A stretch of 64,000 bases of DNA from Antedon mediterranea (GCF_964355755.1 NC_092674.1:372001-436000), one strand, 5' to 3'; positions 23,632 through 37,600 are shown, numbered from the stretch's first letter. Translations and numbers: made by a program. Notes: generated by a model from the sequence alone, not told the origin.

Positions 23632-24540
23632 GTAATATGGTATAATAGCTCCATGTTTCCCATTTTCGGTCGTAACTCGTCAACCGAGAATTACTAGCTT
23701 ATAACTAACTTATATTCAACTTCAACTTCAACTTTATTTTCCAAATAATATTTTGTTTTAAAATGATAAATAATATTAAATTTTAAAAGGCTACTCCCGG
23801 GTCTGTGTGTGCATAATAATCATGGCAGACACACGTCTTAATAAATTATTTTGTTCGTGTGATGGCAATGCACGAATTTACTACAAAATATTCGTGCATG
23901 TTTTTTGTTTTTGTTCATCAGTGTCGGCCACCTCTTGTGTGAATCAGATGAAAGTCGGTTTGGATGTTTACAACAAAAACGTAAACATCCCCGACAAAGC
24001 ATTCACCTCCAGTTCTGAAGCTACACATGGTTACCGTGCCGCAAGAGGACGCTTGAATACACGATATGAAGGGACGAGCGATAAAAAAGGTGGCTGGATG
24101 GCGATATACTCTACGACAAGTCCCCCTGGATTGAAGTCGATTTGCAAAGAACGTATACACTGCAGGGGATAATCACACAAGGAAGACAATGTGGCGACAA
24201 CTGGGTTACCGAATATCAACTGCAATACAGTAAAGACGGAATCAACTATTATCACATCAGGAGTACTAACAATGATGCTTTGGTAATCATGAATCTCTTT
24301 TTACTATAAAGTTGGGTTCGACGGCGATTCGACAAAACAAAAAACACATTTGGCACACATGCCGTTTTATACGTATAATACCTGAGCTGGAATCTCAGAG
24401 TTTACCGTGAAAATCGAAGCGCCCGGACTGGTGGACTAAAAATATAAAAATGACTTTGAGAAAAGTCTATACAAAACACTCAAAAAATAATTTAAGAAAA
24501 AAGTTTAAGAACAAAATTATTAGAAACTTATACAAACTTG

Positions 24541-27500
24541 AAAACTGTAGTAGACTAGGCATAGGCCTACAGCTATATTTTAAACTGTAGTAGACTAGGC
24601 ATAGGCCTACAGCTATATTTTAAACTGTAGTAGACTAGGCATAGGCCTACAGCTATATGTTAAACTGTAGTAGACTAGGCATAGGCCTACAGCTATACGT
24701 TAAACTGTAGTAGACTAGGCATAGGCCTACAGCTATATGTTAAACTGTAGTAGACTAGGCATAGGCCTACAGCTATATGTTAAACTGTAGTAGACTAGGC
24801 ATAGGCCTACAGCTATATGTTAAACTGTAGTAGACTAGGCATAGGCCTACAGCTATACGTTAAACTGTAGTAGACTAGGCATAGGCCTACAGCTATATTT
24901 TAAACTGTAGTAGACTAGGCATAGGCCTACAGCTATATGTTAAACTGTAGTAGACTAGGCATAGGCCTACAGCTATATGTTAAACTGTAGTAGACTAGGC
25001 ATAGGCCTACAGCTATACGTTAAACTGTAGTAGACTAGGCATAGGCCTACAGCTATATGTTAAACTGTAGTAGACTAGGCATAGGCCTACAGCTATATTT
25101 TAAACTGTAGTAGACTAGGCATAGGCCTACAGCTATATTTTAAACTGTAGTAGACTAGGCATAGGCCTACAGCTATATGTTAAACTGTAGTAGACTAGGC
25201 ATAGACCTACAGCTATACGTTAAACTGTAGTAGACTAGGCATAGGCCTACAGCTATATGTTAAACTGTAGTAGACTAGGCATAGGCCTACAGCTATACGT
25301 TAAACTGTAGTAGACTAGGCATAGGCCTACAGCTATACGTTAAACTGTAGTAGACTAGGCATAGGCCTACAGCTATATGTTAAACTGTAGTAGACTAGGC
25401 ATAGGCCTACAGCTATATGTTAAACTGTAGTAGACTAGGCATAGGCCTACAGCTATATTTTAAACTGTAGTAGACTAGGCATAGGCCTACAGCTATATTT
25501 TAAACTGTAGTAGACTAGGCATAGGCCTACAGCTATACGTTAAACTGTAGTAGACTAGGCATAGGCCTACAGCTATATGTTAAACTGTAGTAGACTAGGC
25601 ATAGACCTACAGCTATATGTTAAACTGTAGTAGACTAGGCATAGGCCTACAGCTATATTTTAAACTGTAGTAGACTAGGCATAGGCCTACAGCTATATTT
25701 TAAACTGTAGTAGACTAGGCATAGGCCTACAGCTATATTTTAAACTGTAGTAGACTAGGCATAGGCCTACAGCTATATGTTAAACTGTAGTAGACTAGGC
25801 ATAGGCCTACAGCTATATGTTAAACTGTAGTAGACTAGGCATAGGCCTACAGCTATACGTTAAACTGTAGTAGACTAGGCATAGGCCTACAGCTATATGT
25901 TAAACTGTAGTAGACTAGGCATAGACCTACAGCTATATGTTAAACTGTAGTAGACTAGGCATAGGCCTACAGCTATATTTTAAACTGTAGTAGACTAGGC
26001 ATAGGCCTACAGCTATATGTTAAACTGTAGTAGACTAGGCATAGGCCTACAGCTATATTTTAAACTGTAGTAGACTAGGCATAGGCCTACAGCTATACGT
26101 TAAACTGTAGTAGACTAGGCATAGGCCTACAGCTATATGTTAAACTGTAGTAGACTAGGCATAGACCTACAGCTATATGTTAAACTGTAGTAGACTAGGC
26201 ATAGGCCTACAGCTATATTTTAAACTGTAGTAGACTAGGCATAGGCCTACAGCTATATTTTAAACTGTAGTAGACTAGGCATAGGCCTACAGCTATATGT
26301 TAAACTGTAGTAGACTAGGCATAGGCCTACAGCTATATGTTAAACTGTAGTAGACTAGGCATAGGCCTACAGCTATACGTTAAACTGTAGTAGACTAGGC
26401 ATAGGCCTACAGCTATATTTTAAACTGTAGTAGACTAGGCATAGGCCTACAGCTATACGTTAAACTGTAGTAGACTAGGCATAGGCCTACAGCTATATGT
26501 TAAACTGTAGTAGACTAGGCATAGGCCTACAGCTATATTTTAAACTGTAGTAGACTAGGCATAGGCCTACAGCTATATTTTAAACTGTAGTAGACTAGGC
26601 ATAGGCCTACAGCTATATGTTAAACTGTAGTAGACTAGGCATAGGCCTACAGCTATATGTTAAACTGTAGTAGACTAGGCATAGGCCTACAGCTATATGT
26701 TAAACTGAGTAGACTAGGCATAGGCCTACAGCTATATGTTAAACTGTAGTAGACTAGGCATAGGCCTACAGCTATACGTTAAACTGTAGTAGACTAGGCA
26801 TAGGCCTACAGCTATATGTTAAACTGTAGTAGACTAGGCATAGGCCTACAGCTATATGTTAAACTGTAGTAGACTAGGCATAGGCCTACAGCTATATTTT
26901 AAACTGTAGTAGACTAGGCATAGGCCTACAGCTATATGTTAAACTGTAGTAGACTAGGCATAGGCCTACAGCTATATGTTAAACTGTAGTAGACTAGGCA
27001 TAGGCCTACAGCTATATGTTAAACTGTAGTAGACTAGGCATAGGCCTACAGCTATACGTTAAACTGTAGTAGACTAGGCATAGGCCTACAGCTATATTTT
27101 AAACTGTAGTAGACTAGGCATAGACCTACAGCTATATTTTAAACTGTAGTAGACTAGGCATAGACCTACAGCTATATTTTAAACTGTAGTAGACTAGGCA
27201 TAGGCCTACAGCTATACGTTAAACTGTAGTAGACTAGGCATAGGCCTACAGCTATACGTTAAACTGTAGTAGACTAGGCATAGACCTACAGCTATACGTT
27301 AAACTGTAGTAGACTAGGCATAGGCCTACAGCTATATGTTAAACTGTAGTAGACTAGGCATAGACCTACAGCTATATTTTAAACTGTAGTAGACTAGGCA
27401 TAGGCCTACAGCTATATTTTAAACTGTAGTAGACTAGGCATAGGCCTACAGCTATACGTTAAACTGTAGTAGACTAGGCATAGGCCTACAGCTATATGTT

Positions 27501-29620
27501 AAACTGTAGTAGACTAGGCATAGGCCTACAGCTATATGTTAAACTGTAGTAGACTAGGCATAGGCCTACAGCTATACGTTAAACTGTAGTAGACTAGGCA
27601 TAGGCCTACAGCTATATGTTAAACTGTAGTAGACTAGGCATAGGCCTACAGCTATATTTTAAACTGTAGTAGACTAGGCATAGGCCTACAGCTATATGTT
27701 AAACTGTAGTAGACTAGGCATAGGCCTACAGCTATATTTTAAACTGTAGTAGACTAGGCATAGGCCTACAGCTATATGTTAAACTGTAGTAGACTAGGCA
27801 TAGGCCTACAGCTATATGTTAAACTGTAGTAGACTAGGCATAGGCCTACAGCTATACGTTAAACTGTAGTAGACTAGGCATAGGCCTACAGCTATATTTT
27901 AAACTGTAGTAGACTAGGCATAGGCCTACAGCTATACGTTAAACTGTAGTAGACTAGGCATAGGCCTACAGCTATACGTTAAACTGTAGTAGACTAGGCA
28001 TAGGCCTACAGCTATATTTTAAACTGTAGTAGACTAGGCATAGGCCTACAGCTATACGTTAAACTGTAGTAGACTAGGCATAGGCCTACAGCTATATGTT
28101 AAACTGTAGTAGACTAGGCATAGGCCTACAGCTATATTTTAAACTGAGTAGACTAGGCATAGACCTACAGCTATATTTTAAACTGTAGTAGACTAGGCAT
28201 AGGCCTACAGCTATATTTTAAACTGTAGTAGACTAGGCATAGGCCTACAGCTATATGTTAAACTGTAGTAGACTAGGCATAGGCCTACAGCTATATTTTA
28301 AACTGTAGTAGACTAGGCATAGACCTACAGCTATATTTTAAACTGTAGTAGACTAGGCATAGGCCTACAGCTATATTTTAAACTGTAGTAGACTAGGCAT
28401 AGGCCTACAGCTATATTTTAAACTGTAGTAGACTAGGCATAGGCCTACAGCTATATTTTAAACTGTAGTAGACTAGGCATAGGCCTACAGCTATATGTTA
28501 AACTGTAGTAGACTAGGCATAGGCCTACAGCTATACGTTAAACTGTAGTAGACTAGGCATAGGCCTACAGCTATATGTTAAACTGTAGTAGACTAGGCAT
28601 AGGCCTACAGCTATATTTTAAACTGTAGTAGACTAGGCATAGACCTACAGCTATATGTTAAACTGTAGTAGACTAGGCATAGGCCTACAGCTATACGTTA
28701 AACTGTAGTAGACTAGGCATAGGCCTACAGCTATATGTTAAACTGTAGTAGACTAGGCATAGGCCTACAGCTATATGTTAAACTGTAGTAGACTAGGCAT
28801 AGGCCTACAGCTATATTTTAAACTGAGTAGACTAGGCATAGGCCTACAGCTATATTTTAAACTGTAGTAGACTAGGCATAGGCCTACAGCTATATGTTAA
28901 ACTGTAGTAGACTAGGCATAGGCCTACAGCTATATGTTAAACTGTAGTAGACTAGGCATAGACCTACAGCTATATGTTAAACTGTAGTAGACTAGGCATA
29001 GGCCTACAGCTATATTTTAAACTGTAGTAGACTAGGCATAGACCTACAGCTATATTTTAAACTGTAGTAGACTAGGCATAGGCCTACAGCTATATGTTAA
29101 ACTGTAGTAGACTAGGCATAGGCCTACAGCTATATTTTAAACTGAGTAGACTAGGCATAGGCCTACAGCTATATTTTAAACTGTAGTAGACTAGGCATAG
29201 GCCTACAGCTATATGTTAAACTGTAGTAGACTAGGCATAGGCCTACAGCTATATGTTAAACTGTAGTAGACTAGGCATAGACCTACAGCTATATGTTAAA
29301 CTGTAGTAGACTAGGCATAGGCCTACAGCTATATGTTAAACTGTAGTAGACTAGGCATAGGCCTACAGCTATATGTTAAACTGTAGTAGACTAGGCATAG
29401 GCCTACAGCTATACGTTAAACTGTAGTAGACTAGGCATAGGCCTACAGCTATATGTTAAACTGTAGTAGACTAGGCATAGGCCTACAGCTATATGTTAAA
29501 CTGTAGTAGACTAGGCATAGGCCTACAGCTATATGTTAAACTGTAGTAGACTAGGCATAGGCCTACAGCTATATTTTAAACTGAGTAGACTAGGCATAGG
29601 CCTACAGCTATATTTTAAAT
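24541..29620. repeat. 40-bp satellite, ~127 copies, in intron 2 of F5/8C gene 1
   Basis: Unit TAAACTGTAGTAGACTAGGCATAGGCCTACAGCTATA(TT/TG/CG)T. Confidence 0.99.
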
Positions 29621-30198
29621 TGTTGTTCACACTTATTGCCAATACGACGTACAATAGTAAAGTTTATAATAATGTATTTAGGCCATCGTGTCTTTACAAG
29701 GATGACGCATGTATACCTTTTTTTTATAGACTTTTCCTGGGAACTATGATCGTAACAGTAAAGTTTGTCACAACTTTCAACAGACATATGCCCGTTACAT
29801 TCGAATTCTTCCACAGTCGTGGTACGGAAATGGGGCTAGCCTTAGGTTTGAACTTATCTCCGCCGACTGGTAAGTAATCCTCCGTTATCCCTACTCATCA
29901 TCGTGATTTTTTTTCGTATAATCTATAATTATTAAAACTTTCAGATTTTTTTTTTCAGGCTCTGTGATAATCATTTTCTCTTTTCTTTTTCCAGAAAAGA
30001 TGGCAAAAACTGGAAATTGTCCAACCGAGTCATAGCACTCTTAATGTAGTAGTACAGAAATAGTAGTTATTTAAACTACGGTAAATATGATCTTAAAACA
30101 TGATTGTGCAACATATAATAATAGATTTATTTTTAATATAATTGACTAATACAACACAGAAAAGATCAAATCAACATTATCAAATAAAATTGCTTTAA

Positions 30199-30544
30199 AG
30201 ATATATTGTCCCCCTAAAAAATAATTTTTTAATTTTTTTTGTTGAATATGCCATTTTAATATCACATAATAGTTATTCACTATGACCAAAAATTTGATCC
30301 AAAAAAAAACATTTCCCACCAAAAAAAATGTTATTTAAAGCAAAATATACCTAAATTGTCTGGAAGACAATGGTTTTTGGTTGAAATTAACCATTTCTTT
30401 TGTCTTTTTATAAGTGAAATAATTATTTTTTGATGATTTTTTTTCTACAGAAGTGAATAACTTTATTAAAACTGTGAAATTGCCTATTCAAAATCTGATT
30501 TTATTAATCTTTATTTTTTCATGTTTTTGGGGGACAATACATCT
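30199..30544. mobile_element. MITE with TTAA TSD and AG...CT ends (Kolobok-like), copy 1
   Basis: TTAA|AGATATATTGTCCCCC...GGGGGACAATACATCT|TTAA; homologues at 63287-63557 and, decayed, ~59450-59690. Confidence 0.85.
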
Positions 30545-30569
30545 TTAAATTTTCTTATTTTTGTTAAAC

Positions 30570-30601
30570 CATGGAGGAAATATATATATAATTCCTCGAT
30601 G
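30570..30601. mobile_element. 32-bp imperfect palindrome CATGG...CGATG (weaker P-like footprint candidate)
   Basis: Flanks GTTAAAC and GTTTAAC differ by one base but are also reverse complements, so the TSD is ambiguous. Confidence 0.45.
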
Positions 30602-30787
30602 GTTTAACAGTATGCAAATCAAAATAAAATGCTATAAATGTAATTACAATTTGCAGAAGATTTGTTACTTGATTCTGAATTATGTTTCAAATATTAAGAA
30701 TGAACCTGTGGTGTTGAAATAAAAATTAAATCAATAAAATGTATGAGTAGATGTACTTGGAATTAAATGTGTTCTTTTGTTCTTTCA

Positions 30788-31294
30788 ACTCATCACACAC
30801 CCTATGGTACTCAAGTGTGTCGGTACTTTACACTCATCACACACCCTATGCTACTGAAGTGTGTCGGTACTTTACACTCATCACACACCCTATGCTACTC
30901 AAGTGTGTCGGTACTTTACTCATCACACACCCTATGCTACTCAAGTGTGTCGGTACTTTACATTCATCACACACCCTATGCTACTCAAGTGTGTCGGTAC
31001 TTTACTCATCACACACCCTATGCTACTCAAGTGTGTCGGTACTTTACTCATCACACACCGTATGCTACTCAAGTGTGTCGGTACTTTACTCATCACACAC
31101 CCTATGCTACTCAAGTGTGTCGGTACTTTACTCATCACACACCCTATGCTACTCAAGTGTGTCGGTACTTTACTCATCACACACCCTATGCTACTCAAGT
31201 GTGTCGGTACTTTACTCATCACACACCCTGCTACTCAAGTGTGTCCGTACTTTACTCATCACACACCCTATGCTACTCAAGTGTGTCGGTACTT
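30788..31294. repeat. 42-44-bp minisatellite, ~12 copies
   Basis: Unit ACTCATCACACACCCTATGCTACTCAAGTGTGTCGGTACTTT; explains ORFs 30751-31413. Confidence 0.95.
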
Positions 31295-32141
31295 TAACGT
31301 GTCGTTTAATGTCCACATTATTTTTCATTGCAAAGAAATATACAAAAAAACTGAGGAGTATTAACGTAGAAGTAGTTTTAAAGTACCGTCTAATTAAACA
31401 GAACTGCATTTGAAGTGAATATATTGTGTACGTGAGGCCTCTAGTTCAACTATTCGTATAATACGAGTATAGACCGTGTTTAACCTTTCTTTAGTTCAGT
31501 AAATGTATGTTGCGAACATTTTAATAAACCGTATAAAAATACTGTTTTCAAAATGGAAACGAACTTTCGAAAACAAATTAATTACAAAACTCCCATAATT
31601 TCAAATTATGTATCGATAAATAATTGTAAAATCCGCAATTTTTGTTTTGTTATTTTAGTTATTTTCTGTTTTTTTAAGGGTAAACTCATTTATCATACAA
31701 TTGCGAACAAAATTGTCTTGGTCTATACAGCCGTGAGTTACGGTTGTCCACGTGCTAGTTGTCTTGGGGAAATATTTATTACTGTACTTGAAATGAGGAG
31801 GAAGTTTATTATCAAGATATATTATACGTAAACCACAAGTTTACAAGTAAATACTGTATATCCAGGGAGTGACGGATGTGTTTAAAGCATGTGTATCCTA
31901 CAGGGAAGTGAGCCGAATGAACTTCCCGGGTTAACTGCAGGTGATGTGAGAGTTTAATTGGACAGATTAAAGTTAATAAGAGATTCGGTAAATTTCCCCA
32001 AAAAATTCAAGGAAATTGTTCGATTGTTTTATGGGAGTGTTTACCAGTTTAAAAGCTATAAAAGTTTGATACCAGTCCCTATATGTTATTCGGTACCTGG
32101 GTCGTTATCAAATAGGCCTCTCGGTATCTTACAAAGTCGAG

Positions 32142-33619
32142 ATGTTTACCTCAACTGTGTTAGTGTTCGTCGTCTACTCTTTGATGCTTCAAAGTTCCAC
32201 CGGTAAGTTGACATTTTGTTCAACTATTTATTTGAAAAAAAAAGTATTCTAGCAGCTTTGTCTGTAAAATGAATAAAGTTAACTACTTGGGGCATAAGAT
32301 GAGAAACTAAACAACTTGCTGTATTTTGAGACATTCTTTGGTCTCTCTTGTTGAAGGTTTACTTAAGGCCATGATCACTTTAATGTTCCACAGATCAACC
32401 CATTCAGTTTAACAATCATTATAGGCTTCTTCATAGGGCAGTCCTAATATTCCTACTGTCATTCTAGCACATACTACTTTTTAGATCCTGTTTTTGGGGC
32501 CCATCTGGTAGTAGTATCAGTCACGGGTCTGTTTCTGCTGCATCTCTCAACATTCGAACTTTTTTGTAAACATTTTGAGAAACATTATTTTCTCCATAAT
32601 TAATAATATTGTGAAGAATTGCGTAATTCCGGTTTTTAATATAGGCCTACTGTATGTAAAAAATCGTTAAAATGATTTCTGAAATGTGTGCAGAAACAGA
32701 AACATTCCTTATGATGTATTGAGAAGATTTGATCATGATGGATGCTAATGTAGAAATAATAATATGAAACGCCATCTGTGAATTATACTAAATATTTATC
32801 CCATCAGCGGCAAAGTGTACTGAATACAACATCGGTCTGGATGTCGACAATCTAAACACGTACATAACCGACAGTGCATTCACCTCCAGTTCTCAGGCTA
32901 CATATGGTTACCGTGCCTCAAGAGGGCGCTTGAACACACGATATGAGGGGTCGAGCGATAAAAAAGGCGGATGGATGGCTTCAAGTTCCGATGATAACCC
33001 CTGGATTGAAGTGGATCTGCAAGGTGACTATAGTTTGACAGGGATAACCACACAAGGAAGACAGTGCGGTAACAACTGGGTTACCAAATTTCAAGTTCAA
33101 TACAAGAAAGATGGGGATAATAACTATTTTGACAGTTCGGGGACTAACACTGCACAGGTGAGGTTTTTGCTTCTGACTTTTACATTCATGGATATCAATC
33201 GCGACGTCGATGAAGTTTTTTTTCCTCACTTTTTTGGTTATTTTTATGTTAAGTGTAACTATTGTACATTTGTTTGGCTAAAAACAAATAAATAAAGGAA
33301 AAAGTACATTGTAGTTGTACTGTACTCAATGAATCATCTTTTGAACGCGCGCGTCAATTTTCATGCTTCTCTTTGTTGTCCTCCAGGAACAAAAACATAC
33401 AATAAGTAAATTTAGTAATCCCACTCAACTGACGCACCAATTGTATGGTTCTAAGTATTTGTAATTTGTAAATAGACATTTGATGGAAACAGTGATCGGA
33501 ACACTGAGGTTACGAACAGCTTTCCCAAGTTGACGGCTCGTTACATACGGATTCTTCCAACGGATTGGTACGGCAGTGGTGCTAGTCTTAGGTTTGACCT
33601 TATCGCTTGCGATTGGTAA
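32142..33619 (+). CDS. Secreted single F5/8 type C (discoidin) protein, copy 2, intact
   Basis: TATAAAAG at 32057; exons 32142-32202 (MFTSTVLVFVVYSLMLQSST), 32808-33157 (ITDSAFTSSS...SRGRLN...GGW...PWIEVDLQ...GITTQGR...WVTKFQVQY), 33476-33615 (FDGNSDRNT...ARYIRILPTDW...SLRFDL). Same exon structure as copy 1. Confidence 0.9.
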
Positions 33620-34624
33620 GTAAACTCATTTGTATATTCCTCAGCTCAAACAACTTCAGTTGTAATTTGTACACTAAATAACACAGGTTTTCATAATAAT
33701 GTTATCTTTTCGTTTCTTTTTTCTAGATAAATTGTTTGAAGATAAGAGAGAAACTGTCGAGGCAAATACGACTCAGCTAATGCTTATTGAATTCAATGAT
33801 GAATGATACTAACATTGGTACTAATAAAAAATACCGTTATTCCAATAAAGATTGCAGTTTTTATTTTCAAATAGAATGCTTTTCTCTTAAATAAAACATT
33901 TTATTAAATTGTGTGCTGTGCTTCGAATTTGTTTCCATGCCAACTTACGCTAAGAAGTGTGTCTTATATTCTGACAAAAATAGCAAAAACATTGGGTTTT
34001 AGTGTATCACTACTATAGTTATCTTCTGATAAGCTGCACTAGCAACTTAAAATAAAGAGTGCATTATTCGTTACGTTTATACAATTTACCATTTCTAAAA
34101 AGAAGAGATACGATATTACAACGATGTCGAAATGTGGTATACTTTTCTCCTATAAACACGTTTGGAGAATGCGTCGTAGAATTCGAGAATATTTATTATA
34201 ATACATTACACATGCAAATTAATGACGTTTAAACAAAGTTTAGTAATTCGGATCGGTTCAATACATCATCTAAACGTTTTATAAAGTTTGAACCACGACA
34301 TTTGTCCAATCGCTGCGTATTGAAATGTGGTCTGCCTTCGGGATGCTGGAAAATAAATGGAAATCACCCCCACTTCATTGATCCCATCGTCACCAAAATC
34401 ACCAGTACATCAAAGAAACAATGTGCTATACAAATCAGCAGTTTTCGTGTCATAATTATGCTATATTGCGATTTCAAGTAATAGTAGTGATAACAATAAG
34501 TAAAACTTATTGAATTATGTTGCTAACTCTTTGGTGATGATATTCGTACAACGGGAACACGATATACACACATCGCTCTCCATAGATTTATCCACTTATA
34601 ATTGGTGGATAGAAAACACAAACG

Positions 34625-37600
34625 TTATTCGAAATATACACGACCTCTGGAAGAGACATAGTCCAGAGGACTATCCGATTTGGTTGACGTGTTAAGTTCA
34701 CAATTTCCGGATGACTTCTGATAATTCATAGACAAGCACGCTGTGTGTTCTTTGCACTTCAACAAACATTCCAAGATGCTTCGAGCGTACACATTCGAGA
34801 AGACGTGGTTCATTAAGATGTTGTTGTCGTACTTTACCAGTTGGCTAATAGTTAATGAAGTATCTGAAGAAAGATAAAATAGTAAAATAATTAAATAATG
34901 TAAAATGATAAAATGTGGAGTACTTTTGAAAAAAAAACCTATATTTTACCACGATCTTTTCAATTCGCCATTTTGAGAGATGCGAAGGTCGGTACTCCAA
35001 AAAACAATTAGCTTTTTTATATAGTGATACATACCTAATAATTGACATTCAGTTGAGTAGTACCATGCTGTACATGCGCATTCATATCGGTCAACGTAAT
35101 CAGTACACGTTCCCCCATTCTGACATGGATTCGACAAGCATTCGTCAATTTCTGAAAGCAAATTTGCATATTTAACGAGTTGGGTTTTTTTTGCTTTTGC
35201 ATCATGCAAAAGTCTGTATAGTTAGTGTGCTTTTATGTTGTCGATTTTTGTCTGTAGGCCTAAACATACTAATATTCTAGCAAAGTATTACACTTATGAA
35301 ACGCCATGTACGCAAACATATTTATATTTTTCCAATAAGTCGAAAGGTCGTCTAGAAACAAGACTCATAGTTGTATTCAATTTACATCTAGACGTGCGTT
35401 CACACGAGTCTTTTTACACATTTGTCTTTGCCACTTACCAATTTCACAGTGCGTTCCTTCCCATGCAGACGTACATTCACACGTGTATTGGTTGATATCA
35501 TCTACACACGTACCGCCATTTTGACACGGAGATGATGCACATTCATTTATATCTATTACAAAATTAGATCATTAAGTTCAATTCTTTTTTATCACCGTCT
35601 GTGGGCTATTGCGGACGAAACCTTCCCGAAATATTGACACCCCAACCCCGCAAAGTAGCATTTTGTTTTTTTGGTACAAGATTGAAGAAACTGTTGTCAT
35701 TTATAAACAAGGGTTTGTTTAATATTCAAAGAAGTACCGTAGGCATGTTCTAATCTACAGACATTTTACCAAATCTAAACGCATGTGAAATGAAGCGTCA
35801 ACAAAGATATACAAAATTAGGCGGACTTACTTGTTTCACAGTTAACTCCTGTTATTCCAGGAACGCATGCGCAAGTATACATGCTGCTTCCATCCGTACA
35901 CGCACCATTATATTGACACGGGTTAGACGCGCACTCATCAATGACTACATTATAAAAAAGATGATGATAAACGCATTGAGTAAGTGCTACTGTATAAATA
36001 CAGACTGGTAGGTTACGATGTAAACTTAACGTTTTATTGATACTTTATTGTTATTTACACATCACATGATAATTTTCGCATTTCTACTTCAATACTACAA
36101 ATGAACTACTTACACTGGCATACACTGCCATAGAAACCAGTTGTGCAGGAACATGTATACGACGCAATACCATCGGTGCACGCTCCACCATTGTGACAAG
36201 GTCCTGTGGCACATTCATCAATATCTTTAAAAACAATCATTTTATACTGTATAATTTCAATTTAATTATTTATATTCAATAAAAAAAAACATGCACAGCA
36301 GGTCATATCACCAATTGAGTTTTTCTTTGGGTGTTTTGTTTACCATGGTTTTGTTAATGTTGTATGTATTTTTTTGAAATTTCAATAAATACATATAGGC
36401 CTAATAAACAACAAGAAATGTTGACACCTACCGCATACAACGCCAATATCCTCACCATGACTGCAATCATTACCACCCCATGATGGAAAATAACAATGCC
36501 ATAGATAAGACTCAGATCCTGAACAACCTAAATCATCAAGCCAAATAGGACCGCCTCCACCCCCAAAATATGATGTCACACTAACAACATCGTTAAAACC
36601 AACAGATCGGCATGCGACTCTTCCTTCAGCTGTAGAGAAGCTATCGTCACAAACTGTTCCCCACTGCCAGTTGTAACTGCAACTCCCCCAAATGTTGCAC
36701 GATGTTGTGTAATAGTAAACCTCTACTCGGCCCTCATAATATGCACCGCCGTTAAGTCGTGTGCTTTCTGTAACAAAGTAAGAAAGTTCATGATTAAATA
36801 TATTACGCATTTAAGTAATTAAAAAAATGGCTGTCAGCAAATGGATAACCGTTTATTTTGTCAATTTATAAGTGAAAAGTCTGATTTTGTTCATCTTCAT
36901 TTTTCTTCTTTTTTGGGGGGATATCTGCAGCATTAAAGACGATAGTACCAGCAAAATGTTTATATAACAATTGGAATTACTTTGGGAGCACTTGAAAGTA
37001 AAAATAAAAGAGTTCTCAATTAGATATGGAGCAAAAACAAAGCATTCAAGAAATAGTGATAAAGAAAAATTGTTAAAAGAAATTTCAGACCTGACGAACA
37101 AACTAGAAACTGATTATGATGAGAAAACAGAGAGAATTTTAATTAATAAAGCAAAAGACCTGGAAGACATATATACATTAGAAGCAAAGGGTGCTCAAAT
37201 AAGATCAAGAATAGAATGGTTTGAAAAGGGTGGAAAAATACAAACATTTTTATAGGTCTAGAAAAAAGTAAAGCTAAAAGAAAATGTATCACGGCAGTCC
37301 TAAAAAGTAATGGTAAATACACGACCCAAACTGATGAAATTCTTCGTGAACAAGTACATTATTTTAAAAATTTATACAAAAAGAAAAATTCAAATCAATC
37401 ATCTGAAATTTTAACTTCAGATATTCTAAATTATCTTAATAAAACTAATGTCAAAGTATTATCTGAAGAACAAAAAAAGAAATGTGAAGGGACTATAAAA
37501 ATAGAAGAATGTAAACATGCCTTATATAAAATGAGACTTAATAAGGCCCCAGGCAGTGATGGCTTGTATAAAATGAGACTTAATAAGGCCCCAGGCAGTG

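Larger units (their letters stand above)
23367..29873 (+). pseudogene. Secreted single F5/8 type C (discoidin) protein, copy 1; frameshifted in this assembly
   Basis: Exons 23367-23424 (signal peptide MFATTVLVFTIYSVVFADK), 23922-24282 (IPDKAFTSSS...ARGRLN...GGW; WIEVDL...GIITQGR...WVTEY), 29730-29869 (FPGNYDRNS...ARYIRILPQSW...SLRFEL). The frame changes near the C run at 24122-24126. Confidence 0.8.

Noticed and set aside
24541-29620. CRISPR-like regular array
   Set aside because: Pure tandem units with no unique spacers, no cas genes, eukaryotic intron.
29868-30050. Spliced TGA as a selenocysteine codon
   Set aside because: In the paralogue the TGA is followed directly by TAA, and no SECIS was seen.
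30751-31413. Overlapping repetitive ORFs in several frames
   Set aside because: Products of a minisatellite; the same applies to ORFs at 7445-7749, 55130-56580 and 60883-61703.
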